A stretch of DNA of 63,501 nucleotides, counting the filler, from Diploschistes diacapsis (Eukaryota), in the NCBI GenBank assembly GCA_023645945.1. It is 24 parts of 24 records of this genome, joined end to end, with 100 filler letters (N's around TTAATTAATTAA, not from the genome) between each part and the next. Parts side by side here need not be neighbours in the genome. Positions count along the whole stretch, not along the records: positions 7,109 to 29,951 come from JALAIB010000274.1; positions 30,052 to 31,726 come from JALAIB010002740.1; positions 31,827 to 33,499 come from JALAIB010002741.1; positions 33,600 to 35,272 come from JALAIB010002742.1; positions 35,373 to 37,045 come from JALAIB010002743.1; positions 37,146 to 38,817 come from JALAIB010002744.1; positions 38,918 to 40,588 come from JALAIB010002745.1; 17 more parts are not named here. One strand, given 5' to 3'. Positions 25,771 to 39,116 of this stretch are shown one piece after another; positions within the stretch are counted from its first letter, which is position 1, and every line of letters begins with the position of its first letter. The notes below the pieces were generated by a model. It worked only from the letters and a program-made list of their open reading frames with translations, made no database searches and had not been told where the DNA came from. The position numbers and the translations under genes are program-made.

Positions 25771-28700
25771 ATGTCTGATTCCTTCAACCTACACGATTCC
25801 ATCGAAGCTCTGTCGACCACTACGGCCGCTGTTAAGCTGGTGGGAACTGTCCTGAGGGTCGCACCAGCCGTGAGGAATGCCGTGCAGCAGCATCGATCGA
25901 ATTCGATATCGAATAACACGCCGTCTGCGGACAACGCAGCAGAAACAGCCGGCGAGCACGATGTCACCGGGGTGAGCACCAAGGCGCCGCCCCCAGTACC
26001 CGGATCTGCCGCCAACGGGCCACCGCCATCACTGGCCGCGCAAAGGGTGAACCCCGAAAGAGAGAGGAGAGCATACGAGACAGTAAACTTCGTTTTGAGA
26101 ACAATCGGCTCGCGGATCCTCGAAGCCGGCCTCGTGAACGTCGATGCGCTGGCCACGGCCCTGACCGCGGCAACGGCGCATATCGAAGTCAAACTCTTCT
26201 CGCTTGAAACGAATCGACTGTTTCAGTCGCTGGCTCACAAGCTGAACGACGTGGTCCTCGTCAACAGCGTCTTTACGTCGATCTATTTCCTGGCTTTCCT
26301 GATCAACGAAGGTGAAAAGAGTTTGCCTAACTGGAAGCCAGAGTACCCGCCGCTGGGACCTCTGATCTTTCAGGAAATTTTCAAGGCAGCTATCGGCGAG
26401 GATGCTTTTCGCGAGAACAAGACTGCGAACCTCGACGCGTACAGGGTTCTGTCCACCACTGCCGGCCTCCTTCGGCCGACTGACATTGGGTACTCCATCT
26501 TCCCAGGTATGCACTGTCTGGTGGGGCGATGTCGTTGCTGACAGCAGGGCAGAGTTTCCATCCTTTTCGCCGTCAAAGTACTCGAGCAAAAGCTTCCGCG
26601 ACAAGTCCCATAACCGTGGAATCCTAGAGAGAATTGTCAAGCACTTTGACCAGTTCGGGTTTCCGCAGCCCCTTCAGGGTCGAGACGTAGGACCTATACG
26701 CGACTGGCGTTTTCTTTCAGGTGATCGGAATTCCCGAAATTACGAGGTCGAAGGAGCAGACAAGTCTATTGGTTGGAACTTTGGGCGGGTGATATACTGG
26801 TTGATATGCGATGCGCATCGAATGCCCAGCGGTGTGGCTGTGGTTGCGTATCACGAGCAGCACATTGCACTCATTCGATACCTAGGGCCTCGCTTCGGCT
26901 ACAGGATCATCAACTGCCAGGGCGATTTGAACATGAGTGGAGCACATAGTTCGCTGAACAGGAAGTATAGGTCGGTATTCGATACCTGGGTCATCATCAT
27001 GCCGTCTGAGACTGTATTGGCGAGCAAGAGAGCTAGTTCTGCGCAGTGGAGTAAAGGGACGGCGCAAGGGCAGCCGTCACAGGCGCAGAGCCTGGCACAG
27101 GCGAGAGGTATATCTGCTGGGGCAAGTGGGCCTTTGACGCCTTCTGTTACCATTCCACAAGGATTCCAAACGGGTGTTTCACCATCGACAACGAGTGCGG
27201 GCGCTGGCTCCGACGCCGGATCTTCTTCGCACGAGAGACCGTCCATCAGCAGCTCCATCTCTGCACTCGACATCAATTCGAACAAGATCCCTGGCAAAGC
27301 ACCGTTGCCGTATCCAGTCACTGAGCCTCCACGATCGCCGAGCCTTGCTCAGCAGCTCACCAGAAGTCCGTCAACGACCTCCGGGCATTCCTCGCCAGCA
27401 TCGAAGCCGCAAGATCAACATACCCCAAAGCTGAGAGCAACATCGTATACAAGCACATCGCAGAATCACGGGCCGGGCTTAAGACAGGTAGAAATTCTGG
27501 ATGACCTGTATCGCACGACTTTCGCTCCCCTGTGCGCACAATTCATCAGCAATCCGCCTCGTGATCCAGCTTTGCTGCAAGCCGACCACAAGAGGTTGAC
27601 AGAAGGCCTCATGACCCAGACTATCCTCAAGCTAGACAGTATCGACACTGCAGGCGACGATATCGTACAAACGAAGAAAAAGGCTCTCGTCGATGAAGTG
27701 ATGGCTACAATGCGGCGACTGGATCAAGTCTTCCAAGAAGGCAAGAACGCTTGGTCTCCCCCCTCGAGGCCCTCTTCGACAGCTTCGGTTCCTGCGGCAA
27801 AGCCCGTTGGCATGTTCCAGCGGCCTGATACCATTGCAGAGCTCCCTTCAGCTTCCGCCCCGCAACAGTTGCCTGCATATCCTGAAATACGACCGGGAAA
27901 TGCTGCCAAGCTCTCTTCCTCTTCGGGCCCGCAACAATTAATTACACATACCTACACACGACCGGATCACCCTGCCGAACTCTCTGCTACGCCGGGCCCA
28001 GTCGAGCTGCCAGCGCCACCCATGCCTCCGCCGCAAGCCATCAATCCAGTCCTCGCAGCTGGCAGCACATCCACCAACGCCCCCGTCTCACTCCAGACGG
28101 TAACATCTCCTACCGAACTTTCACCAAATATCACCACCACAGCGCCTACCACTCCAACCGTCTCCGCTTCCGCCACCCTAACCTACGTTCCCCACCGTCC
28201 AGCCACCATCCGCCGCAAAGCGCCGCCCCCACCGCGCCAAGTGATGCTAGCAAAAGCCTTATACGACTTCGAGCCTGAGGAAGAAGGCGGCGAAGAGCTG
28301 GCATTCCGCGAGGGTAACACGCTCGAGATCATCGAGAAGAGCAAAGCCATGGAGGAAGATGGCTGGTGCCGGGCCAGGGTCAAGGGGGAGAAGAAGATTG
28401 GCCTCGTACCGCTCGAGTATTTGGAGGAGCTGGGGCCGGCGCCGGCACCGGCGAGGGCGCCTAGGCCACCTGGTAAACCGGTCGGTGAGAGTTTAGCGGC
28501 ACAGAACTCATCAAGTGATGCGAAGCCGCCGGGACAAGCAGCACCTGTTCCTCCTGTCTCGATGGCGGACCAGAAACCTGGTGTCATACCGATACAAGGA
28601 GCTGCGTCCGACGTAGTACCCTCGAAGATATCCGAAGCACAGCCTACGTCTCCTGCATCTCATTCCCAACATCCATCGCCGTACGACGCAGCCGTGTCCC

Positions 28701-29951
28701 CCGCAAGCCAAAACGCTACAGGAGCGGCAGCCAGTTACTTCACCAATCACCCCGCGTCTGACCCCCTCGTCTCCAGCCCGCAGTCTCTGCCCGGCCAGCC
28801 TGTCTCACAAAGCCCTTTTACTCCGCCGACCGTTGCGGGTGCTCCTTCCCCAGCCCAAACTCAAGCGCAAGCCCAAGTTCACCCGCACGCACCGTATACT
28901 CAGCACGCATACAGTTATCCCGGTCCGCAAGCCCAAGCTCAGAGTCCGCCTCAGCCCTCCTTTCCCACCACAAACCAATACCCTTCCTCGCAACCCATTT
29001 CTCCTCACAGCTATCCTCATCCTCATCCTTCTTATCAGTCTCACCTGCATCCTGATCCACAGCCACAGCCACAGCCACATTTCCAACCCCTCTCTACACA
29101 AGGCGCCCCCGTGCATTCCCCAAGCGTCCAGCTCCTGGCGCACTTGGCGGGACCGGCGGCCAGGCTCGGCGCGGCGGCAATGCATATGCATGCACAGGAT
29201 CATAAGACGGATGCCAGGCTTGGGGAGTGGAGGGTTGAGCACGAACACGGAGACGGGCAAGGAGACGGAGGCGGGAGTGGCCAGGGCCAGGGCCAGGGCC
29301 AGGGGGCCCACGAGATCCACGACGATAACAAGATCAGTAACAACAATACTTACAACATCAGTAATTATAACAACAGCAATTACGACGTAGCCTTCCCAAG
29401 CCAATACTCCGATCCCTATCCCTCCACCTTAACTACCCTCGCTACTGCTCTTACTTCCGACCCAAACATCACTCCCAACGCCTTCGCACCAGCCCCGGAC
29501 TCCCCCGCTCTGGGCTGTCCCGCGCCAGACACTGCGAGCTCCCTGGCCCTAGCATCCATAGCAAACGCCACCGACGCGAGCGGCGTTGGTGGCAGCGGCA
29601 GCGCCGACGTCGGCATCGGCCTCGGCCTCGGCACGGGCGCTGCTTCGAACTCCGTCTCTCCCCTTTCTGCCCTCTCGTCTCTCAGCGCTGGCGTTGGCGT
29701 CGGCGTCGGCCGCGGCAGCGACATCGATGCCACCGGCCCTGATTACGGAGCGGGAGCGGATGCCGAGAACACCGCGACGGCGGCAACGCTGGCGGCGGCG
29801 GATGCGGATACGACGAGCATGACCATGGCCGTGGCGACGCTGGCACAGGACCAGGGTCAGGGTCAGTTTGGTGTTGGCGTTGGCGTTGATATCGTTATCG
29901 GTGCGGATTACGACGGCGCTGGGTATGGGAGCGAGGGGTTTGGGTTTGGGG
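25771..29951 (+). CDS. Large protein: unassigned N-terminal region, BAG domain, SH3 domain, low-complexity tail; probable intron 26507-26552; 3' end cut by contig edge
   Basis: BAG-like HKRLTEGLMTQTILKLDSIDTAGDDIVQTKKKALVDEV (~27586-27725). SH3 AKALYDFEPEE...ELAFREG...GWCRARV...GLVPLEYLEE (~28250-28430). Intron GTATGC...GCTGAC...CAG joins the two ORFs in frame. Confidence 0.82.
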
Positions 29952-30051
29952 NNNNNNNNNNNNNNNNNNNNNNNNNNNNNNNNNNNNNNNNNNNNTTAAT
30001 TAATTAANNNNNNNNNNNNNNNNNNNNNNNNNNNNNNNNNNNNNNNNNNNN

Positions 30052-30413
30052 TATAATATCCGTGTTCGTGTATTCACCGAAATACTTTAAATTATTTTTT
30101 TAATTTTAATAATTCTGGAATTATCACGCCTATTTCTTACGCTTTTATTTTTTTAAAAAAATTTCATTATAGTATTTCGGTGGATTTATCGCAGTGTTTT
30201 AATAAATTCACGGAAATGTAATATCCGTGTCAATATTAATGTTTTAAAATTTTTAATTATAGTATCCGTGTCCGTGCTTTTACTGCAGTGTAGTATCCGT
30301 GTTAGTATCCGTGTTTTAAAATTTTAGCTGTCGTGTCCGTGTCAGTGTCCGTGTTTTAAAATTTTTTGCTGTAGTGTCCGTGTCAGTGACCGTGGCACGA
30401 AACGGCCAGCCTA
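30052..30413. mobile_element. hAT-like MITE, partial
   Basis: CCGTGT arrays ending GTGGCACGAAACGGCCAGCCTA. Confidence 0.88.
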
Positions 30414-31726
30414 ATTTAAATCGATGCGATATTCTAACGATTTAATATCCCGTATTTTATTTCTCGCTTAAATTACCGGCGCGATTTTTAATAAAATACG
30501 ATTTATCGGGGTAAAGGGTCCCGGCGATTTTTAAAGTTTTTTAAATTTTTAATAATGTTTATGAAAATGTGATTTAAGTTCGTTTATGTTTTCGAATTTG
30601 GATATTTTAATAAAATATGCCCGTATTCTTGATAATTATAATATTATATTTTTAATATATCGCGGGGTAATCGGCTGATCGTCGATAATTCGTTCCTGTT
30701 TTTAGAATTAAGGATTCCCTAAGAATTCCGCGTCGACAACGGTTCTCCCTATCGAGCTTTACCTCGCTGTAAACCTTTTAATAAATTCTCCATTTAAACC
30801 GCTAAAGACATTAAATCCGTATAATTTTCCGGAGTATTGGTCGCTTATATTAAAAATCGTTGAATATCCGGCCGCAATTTTATCAAGAAATATTAACGCC
30901 GCTGTTCTTTCGTGTATTTTAATAATTACGTTTTTAGTCTAGTTAAATATTGTTCGAAAGAATATATCGATTAAATTATTTCTTATTAAACATTCGCGTA
31001 CTTTTAGGCAGCTTCGAGTTCACGATTTTTTAGGTCCTTCACTCGATTTAATAAATAGCGTTTAAAGTATCTTTAATTAGTAATTTTATAGCTGATGTTC
31101 GGTTTATACGCAAACCACGATTATTTTAGGTTACCTTATAGCGACTATATGGCGAAACGGATTTTCCTTTTTTCAAATTAGAAGTAATTAAAAAACAGCG
31201 TAAGGAAATTATTAGCGGTCTAAAACCATTCTTAATATTCTCGAACAGATTTTCCCCAATAATCTGAAAGTTTTTCAGACTTAAAATAACGGTGTTCAGT
31301 ATTTTAATAATCTCTGCTCGCTTATTTCTTACGAGTTAACGGCGTCGCGTTGGCGTCGAATTAAATATTAACGTCGAAAAGTTTCTCGCTAATTTTTAAT
31401 CGTCTAACGTCGTTTTCGATGCGTTTTAGGCGTCTTTTAAATTATAATACCCTCTTCTTTACTTCTAATACTTTTATCCGTTCTTTTAATTGAATATCTT
31501 TTATTCGAATTTATTTTAATTTTATAAAATTAAAATTTTCTTTCTCCGATACTGTCTCGCTTATAAGTCGGTTACTAAAAGCTTACGATTCGTTGAGCTC
31601 GTTTTCTGATTCTTGCCTGTTTTGTGGTTATGAATAGGTATTACGTTTCGATCGCGAATTATTTGTTATATTTCGAACCGTGATTTTTAAGAAAAAGTAA
31701 GAAATTATAACTATAAAGGTTAATAC
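30414..31726 (-). mobile_element. RIP-degenerated Gypsy-type gag with CCHC zinc knuckle
   Basis: The minus frame reads WGKSVREY*EWF...KIRFAI*SL...RELEAA*KY...SFEQYLTRL and YYNYQEYGHILLKYP, which reverts to C-x2-C-x4-H-x4-C when G>A changes are undone. Confidence 0.7.
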
Positions 31727-31826
31727 NNNNNNNNNNNNNNNNNNNNNNNNNNNNNNNNNNNNNNNNNNNNTTAATTAATTAANNNNNNNNNNNNNNNNNN
31801 NNNNNNNNNNNNNNNNNNNNNNNNNN

Positions 31827-32269
31827 ATATTAAACGGTAATACTTAACACGCAACAATTAATCGGGCATTTCCCAACCATTCTTTATATATAGTCTAATT
31901 AGGGTAACACGGGTCACGTGACAAGTAAAAAGTTTAAAAGATTATTTTACTCAATCGTAAGTAGAAAAAGAAAACGGTAATTTTATTTATTTATTCATCT
32001 ATTCTATTAAGGGAACTGTTAGTTATATAAAAACGTCGTTATAATTTCTATAAATTTAAGACGTGTTTACTTTTATAAATATCTCTAGTCATTACTCGAG
32101 ATCAATTTATATTCGTTATTTCTATCACTAGAAAACCTTCTTTCCAGAGATAGTCCAAGACCTGTAACTGCTCTACCTTCTTCTCCTACTTGCACTCCTC
32201 TTCTAAACGAGACCAAACCTACCTTGATCAATACCTCGTGTCTACCTTGTAGAGATAGAGATCATAACA
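31827..32269 (+). mobile_element. LTR family B (TGTTACGATC...GATCATAACA), partial
   Basis: Ends AGATAGAGATCATAACA. Homologous to 37482-37953, 47763-47912, 50027-50163 and 51924-52357. Confidence 0.75.
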
Positions 32270-33599
32270 CGAAGCAAGCATAAGTTCTTTCGATTAATCT
32301 AGTAGTATGTAATAAGGTTATAGATGCGGCAGACTTAATCTAGATCTTTTGTTAATAGTACTCGGAAATTGAGATCGAGTTTGTTAATAATAAGCGGATC
32401 CGGGTCTACTTAATAAGATATTATTAAAAAGCGGGTTAAATATTTATATTAAATATTTCTTGATGAAGGTCTTGATTTCGATCTGAATAAAAGATTTATC
32501 GATTATTTATTTTAACGGAAATGGCGTTAATCGACGTTCTTCTTTAATTAATCTGGGCTAAATATTGCTTTTGAGCTCCTTTTTATTAACGATAAAGTAT
32601 CTTCGATCAAATTTTTGTTATCTTTTAATTATTAATAAAGGATACTCGTGATTACGGACGATTTATTAAAAGATCGATAAATAATTTTCCGAACTTCGGA
32701 ACTAGTTTTCAGCTTATGTATAATATAATAATTATAAGATTCTTAAAAAGAAGTTGTCTCGCTACTTTTTGGTTAGTTATTCTAATATAGAAACTTCTTA
32801 CCGAGATAACTAATCCAGAAAGCTGCTCTCTAAACAAAACTTAATACGAGCTATAAACAAATTTACTCTCGATATTCATCTCTTTTAAGTATAAATAGAT
32901 CCAGAAAATCTCAATCAAAATATCTTCATAAACCCTAAATAATAATTAATAGCTTTAAACTAGACTTCAATTAATTATAAAAAAATCGAAGGACGAGATC
33001 GACATATGAAGCTAGATCTTAATTATAATCTAATTAGAAAGTATAAAGAAGAACTAAACAGAATACAGAAAAAGCTCTAGCTATTATAGATAGGGAAGTA
33101 CTATAAAGGCTAGGCTTTGCAGTAACTCTAGTCCGAACAAGGGATTGGTACAGACAAGAACCTTGCTGTTAGAGCTAATAGACGCTCTAGGAATTAATCA
33201 AATAATCGTTATTATCAAATTGTTAGTATAGACTCAAATTGTAGTATATATAGAAGATGGATTATTAAAAGCTAGGTGGGCAGCGAGCCCTTATAGCTAC
33301 TACAATAGCTATTAAGTGGGTGGATGCCCAATGGCATCATCACCCATGGCATCACGAGCGATGCCGGCGAAGGCAGGAGCAAGCGACACCCCTAGTAGCT
33401 CAATAGCTACTATATAAATCCTAATATATTCACTTTTATAAACATCTTTAATCATTACTCGAGATTAATTTATATTCGTTACCTTCTATTACCTTAAAAN
33501 NNNNNNNNNNNNNNNNNNNNNNNNNNNNNNNNNNNNNNNNNNNTTAATTAATTAANNNNNNNNNNNNNNNNNNNNNNNNNNNNNNNNNNNNNNNNNNNN

Positions 33600-33718
33600 A
33601 TATTATAATAAAAACACGGACACGGACATTACGGCTAAAATTTTTAAAACACGGATACTACCACGGCCGTGTCCGTGTCACGGACACGGCCGTGTCAGTA
33701 TCCGTGACGGCCAGCCTA
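33600..33718. mobile_element. hAT-like MITE terminus
   Basis: ACACGG repeats followed by GTGACGGCCAGCCTA. Confidence 0.85.
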
Positions 33719-35372
33719 CATAATACAACGACTTAATTTACTTAACGAAGACCCCATACACCTAACACACGTTCTATAGAGTTATCGCTTTTACAAAACT
33801 ATAAGCTATAAATACCACGATAAGGACTCTTACTCAACTAATAAAGAAATTATAAAAAAAGCTAGAGCTTTTTAATTATAAGTTAAACTAAAAAACTATA
33901 TATTATAGACATAAATAACGGCACACGGGCTCTAAAATAACGAATTTGAGTCATCCTTAAGATCGGATTAAATCGACATGCCATACGGGCACTAATCGAT
34001 CTAAATATCGAGATAAACGTTATTTTAACCGAATGTATATAACGATTAAAAATGAAAAATTGCGAATTTAAAAAAAAATTCACATTCGAAACCGTGACGG
34101 ATCGTAATACCTAATAAATTATCTGTAAAAGGTGGAATACGACAATGTGGCAAGATGGCTGCACGCAGGGCAGATTCATGCTAGGACTAATTACTAAAGA
34201 AGAGGAGAAAATAAGAAGAACAAAATCCCCCTTCAAGTACCCGCAAGCCAAAACCCTGAGTACCGCTTATCCGACTATTAACATACTTCTTACTTAATTT
34301 TACAATTATTTTTCCCTTTTTTATTCTAGTCCCCTAAAACTATCTTCATAATCCTTTCTTTACTTATTAAAATAAATTAAATAATTAACTCGATCTATAT
34401 CGTTATTATCTCGATCCTTAATATAAATCGAGCTTATTCTCGTCTTTATATATATATTCTAAAGTTCGTTAATAATTAATTATAATATAAATAAATTCCA
34501 ATATCGACGTTAATTATTTATAAATTAAATATTTATTAAATTAATAATATTCTTATTTAAATATTAATCTTATTATAATATTTTTATCTTATTTATAATA
34601 TTCTTAGATCTTACTTTTTTATCTTTTAATCCCTATTTCTTTAATTTATACCATAAATCTTATCAGCGAGTTATTATCGCCGTTCGTTCTTACTTCTCGT
34701 TCGTTATCCGTTTTTACTTCTCGTTATCACTAATGTTTCGTCTCTTACACCTTCTTGATCAAAATGCTAAAGCATATCTTTAATACATCCGAATAAGCCC
34801 CCAACACGTCTCCAACGATATCCTCGATTAAAAACGATACGCTTATAGATAAACTCGTATAGGCAGTAAAAAAGAAGCCTGTTATTCGTCCTTAACGTCG
34901 TAGCAGGCCTTATAAACGGTATATATTAATCATTTTTTTGTCTATACTTAGCCCTAACTTTTCTAATCCTTTCTCGACTACTATCACGTTCCTAATAAAA
35001 TCCGTAATAGAACCTATTGTTACGCCTTTTTAGTTGTTTTCGGATCCTAGTTTTTAACCGGGTTCTAATATATCCGTTTCGTATTTATGTTTCGTACCTA
35101 TTAATCGTTTATCTAGAAATATCGTTATCTTAAAACCTATAATTAGCAACGATATTAATAATGTTAAAATCGCTATTTCTAAAATCGGTCTTATTTATAA
35201 ATTATTTTTTTTTTTTTTAAATATTAAAAGGCGAGCTTTTTATTATTTTTACTTAATTCTATTAATAAGCCTNNNNNNNNNNNNNNNNNNNNNNNNNNNN
35301 NNNNNNNNNNNNNNNNTTAATTAATTAANNNNNNNNNNNNNNNNNNNNNNNNNNNNNNNNNNNNNNNNNNNN

Positions 35373-36420
35373 TTCGTCGGTTCTGAAGTTCTTCGACCGT
35401 TGCTCGTAGATCGATGATTTCGTCGATTAGGCGAGCTCGGGTGACCTGTTTTTTATTTAATAATTATTTTAATTCGTTTCTCTTAATTAGATCTTTCTCG
35501 AATTATTATTAAAATCGTTAAATCTTTCGATCGTTTTGTTGATTCGTTTTTTTAACGGTTACCACGTAAATACGTATTAATTCTATCAGTTTCATTAATT
35601 TATTTTTAATTCGTTAATAAATTTCTTTTATTTATTTTTATAATTATAGGTCTATTACGTTCTCGATAATGTTATTTTAATTAATCTACTTTTTTATCGG
35701 GTCTTTAAACGAAGATATTCGTCGTTTAAATTCGTCGCGGGGACCTTTCTAGGATCCTTCCCGTACTAATTCTTCGCTAATATTGAATCCTTCGAAAGTT
35801 TTTAACGTTAATGATTATTATAACGCGGGATATCTTACGGATTATTCTTTAATTAACGATTTATTTACTGAATCGTATTTTTTAATCGATGGTATCTCGG
35901 TTGATTCTTTAAAAAACAAAAGTATTATCGATTCTCTTCTTTTCTTTTGATTCTTTTTATCAGCGGGGGCTATTGTTCATAATAAATCGGCGGGTAATAC
36001 TTTCGAATTCCGGTTGTCGTAAACTTACTCGAATACTTAATGTTCGATTAACGTTTTAAACTCTCGTCACGAGTACGAAAGTAAAGTAAACTTTTCGAAT
36101 ATAAAACGCTAGCGTAGGAAAGAATGTTATTCTATCGGGGATTAGGTTTGATCCGGAAGGATTAGATGTAGCTTAGGTATTTATAGGTAAAAGATCTCGA
36201 TTTAAAAAGCTAAAAAAGAAACTATTTAGGTGGGAGGAAGGCACCGTTAAGTAATGTAGGTGCTAGCCTACCGGGGTTCGGGGACTACCCATCTACACAA
36301 CCACCCCCTGACCCTGCCGTGTCTTAGCAAGCACCTGGGCATTGACCCTGCCGTGGCTTGGCAAGCACCTGGGCATTAACCCTGCCGTGGCTTGGCAAGC
36401 CCCTGGGCTGGGTTGTCTCA
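35373..36420 (-). mobile_element. Gypsy family A: 5' LTR (36420-36100), leader and RIPed gag start
   Basis: LTR with 34-bp array. Downstream region homologous to 53700-54468 and 56571-57389. Confidence 0.75.
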
Positions 36421-36712
36421 CGTAACGTATTATCGATCGCGTCGCCGAATTTTCCCGCGATTATTAACGGAAATTCGACGTTAACCGATAATTATAACCT
36501 CGTTTAATCGATAAAAAAACTTTCGTTATCTTAATAAAACAATTTCTTAAATATTTATTCCTAAGCGAAGCGCAGGACTATAGTTGCAGATTAGTGTGTT
36601 TATGGGCGCAGAAAAAACCGTAGATAAGAAATTAACTCCGAAAGTCGTGTCAAGGGTTGGATTGGCTGAACTGAACTGAACTATTACGTGGCATCTTTTT
36701 TTGCTTTTTAAA

Positions 36713-37045
36713 CCTACTGCTTCCACTTTCGCACCTATTGCTTTCAAACCTACTGCTTTCAAACCAACTGCTTTCGAATCCACTGCTTTCGAATCTACTG
36801 CTTTCGAATCTACTGCTTTTGCATTTACTGCTTTCGAATCTACTGCTTTCGCATTCACTGCTTTCGAATCTATTGCTTTCGAACCTACTGCTTTCGCATC
36901 TACTGTTTTCAAACCTACTGCTTTCGCATCTACTGCTTTCGCATCTACTGCTTTCGAATCTACTGCTTTCGAATCTACTGCTTTCGAACCTACTGCTTTT
37001 AAATCTACTGCTTTCAAACCTACTGCTTTCGCGCCTACTGCTTTC
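36713..37045. repeat. 15-bp minisatellite (TACTGCTTTCGAATC), about 22 units, running into the contig end
   Basis: Directly visible. Reads as KAVDS pentapeptides on the minus strand. Confidence 0.95.
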
Positions 37046-37481
37046 NNNNNNNNNNNNNNNNNNNNNNNNNNNNNNNNNNNNNNNNNNNNTTAATTAATTA
37101 ANNNNNNNNNNNNNNNNNNNNNNNNNNNNNNNNNNNNNNNNNNNNGATGTAGAAGGACAAAATCTGTTATATAAAAGATATAGCTTAAAGCGAAGCAAAT
37201 AGATGTTTAAATAGTGATTAATTTACGGTCTTAAAAATAAAGTAAAAGGATGTTTCAATGATGGCCAAAAGCTCTGGTTATGGTAAAAAAACCACGAAAA
37301 AAAAGCTTGATGGGAGGCTGGTGAGTGCTAGTAGGTCAAATCTCACTACAAAAGCATTAAAAGCTTCTGTTCAAAAAGATAATTACAAGTAATCTGGTGT
37401 TCAACCCGGGACAAATGGATCGACAATTAAAAGTTGTTACCAATATAATAAGGACAAGGCTTGGTAAATGGATTGTATTGA

Positions 37482-37953
37482 TGTTATGATCTCTATCTCT
37501 ACAAGGTAGACACGAGGTATTGATCAAGGTGGGTTTGGTCTCTGTTTGAAGAGGAGTGCAAGTAGGAGAGGAAGGTAGAGCAGTTACAGGTCTTAGACTA
37601 TCTCTAGAAAGAAAGCTTTCTAATGATAGAAGTAACGAATATAAATTGATCCCGAACAATAACTAGGGATATCTATAAAAATAAACATACCAGAACTTAA
37701 AGGAACCATAATGGGTGATACTATATATCTAACGCTACCTAAATTAAACGAACGGAGATTCAATTCGTTTACCTAAATTAATTGAACGAAAGTTTAGTTC
37801 GTTTATTTAAACTTATTAAACGGAAGTTTAGTTCGTTTAAATATTACGTGACCCGTGTTACCGTAATTAACTTATATATAAGAAACGGTTGGGGCGTGTC
37901 CGATTACTATAACGTGTTAAGTAAGCTATCCTTTAGTTACTTGGATCGTAATA
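37482..37953 (-). mobile_element. LTR family B, apparently a full-length solo LTR
   Basis: Inverted termini TGTTATGATC ... GATCGTAATA. Confidence 0.75.
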
Positions 37954-38587
37954 TTATCACCTTTCTTTAACATCGGCGGCCCGACGATTCGCCGAAAAAT
38001 CTAATATAAATATTAAACAAAAGAAAATCCTAAATCGTGAAATAACGATGTTTTCTTTATCTTTCGATCTCGATAACCTAAAGTTATCCTTTACTTCCCG
38101 TAATCGCCGCCGTGCCAGCAAACGCATCAAGCGTCGTAAAAAACCTTATATTATAACCTATGATTACTATACCTTCGTTAATATAACTTATCTAAAGATG
38201 TCGTCCGGTCGCGGAAAGTTAACTTATACCGAATATCGAAAGAAGGGCGTTCCCTATATCTTTATATTATAGAACGTAATAAAGCGTGCGATAAATAATA
38301 ATAAAAAGAACCTATCCGAAGCTTAAGCCGAAATAAAAGACCTTCAGAACAAACTCGTGGCCGCGTTAATTAGAATACGTCGTAAAAAACGAAAGTTGAA
38401 ATTTATTTAAAAGAAAGCGGATGAACAGTTCTGGTATCTAAAACGTAAATTAAAAGAATAAAAAGAACCGAACCTCATTACCCAGATCCGCGAGGCAATC
38501 GAATAGAAGAAAGAATTATACGAAGAGATACTGATTTTTCTATAAAAGAAAGTCGTTGCTTCCTCGGGTTAAACCAAATGTACATAC

Positions 38588-38817
38588 TAGGCTGGCCGTT
38601 TCGTGCCACGGACACTTCCACGGACACTACCGAGAAAATTTTTAAAACACGATACTGTCACGGACACTACCGTTAAACTTTTAAAACACGAACATTTCCA
38701 CGGATATTATATTATAATAAAAACACGAACACGGACATTATAATTAAAAAATTTAAAACACGGATACTTTTACGAATATTATCGTTAAAAATTGTAAAAC
38801 ACGATACTGTTACGAAC
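38588..38817. mobile_element. hAT-like MITE, partial
   Basis: TAGGCTGGCCGTTTCGTGCCACGG followed by ACACGG arrays. Confidence 0.85.
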
Positions 38818-39116
38818 NNNNNNNNNNNNNNNNNNNNNNNNNNNNNNNNNNNNNNNNNNNNTTAATTAATTAANNNNNNNNNNNNNNNNNNNNNNNNNNN
38901 NNNNNNNNNNNNNNNNNTCTATAACGTGTTTTAAATTTTATTTTTTATTTTTCGCCCTTTTTCATTCTTATGATATTAAAGTTTATTCGTTGGTCTAACT
39001 TCGTATACCATAATACGCCATATAATCGATCTCGTAACTCTTAAATATTCGATATAGAATAACGGTTCTTCGCGGTGATAACGTTAAACTTCCGGAATCG
39101 ATATAAGATCGAAAAG

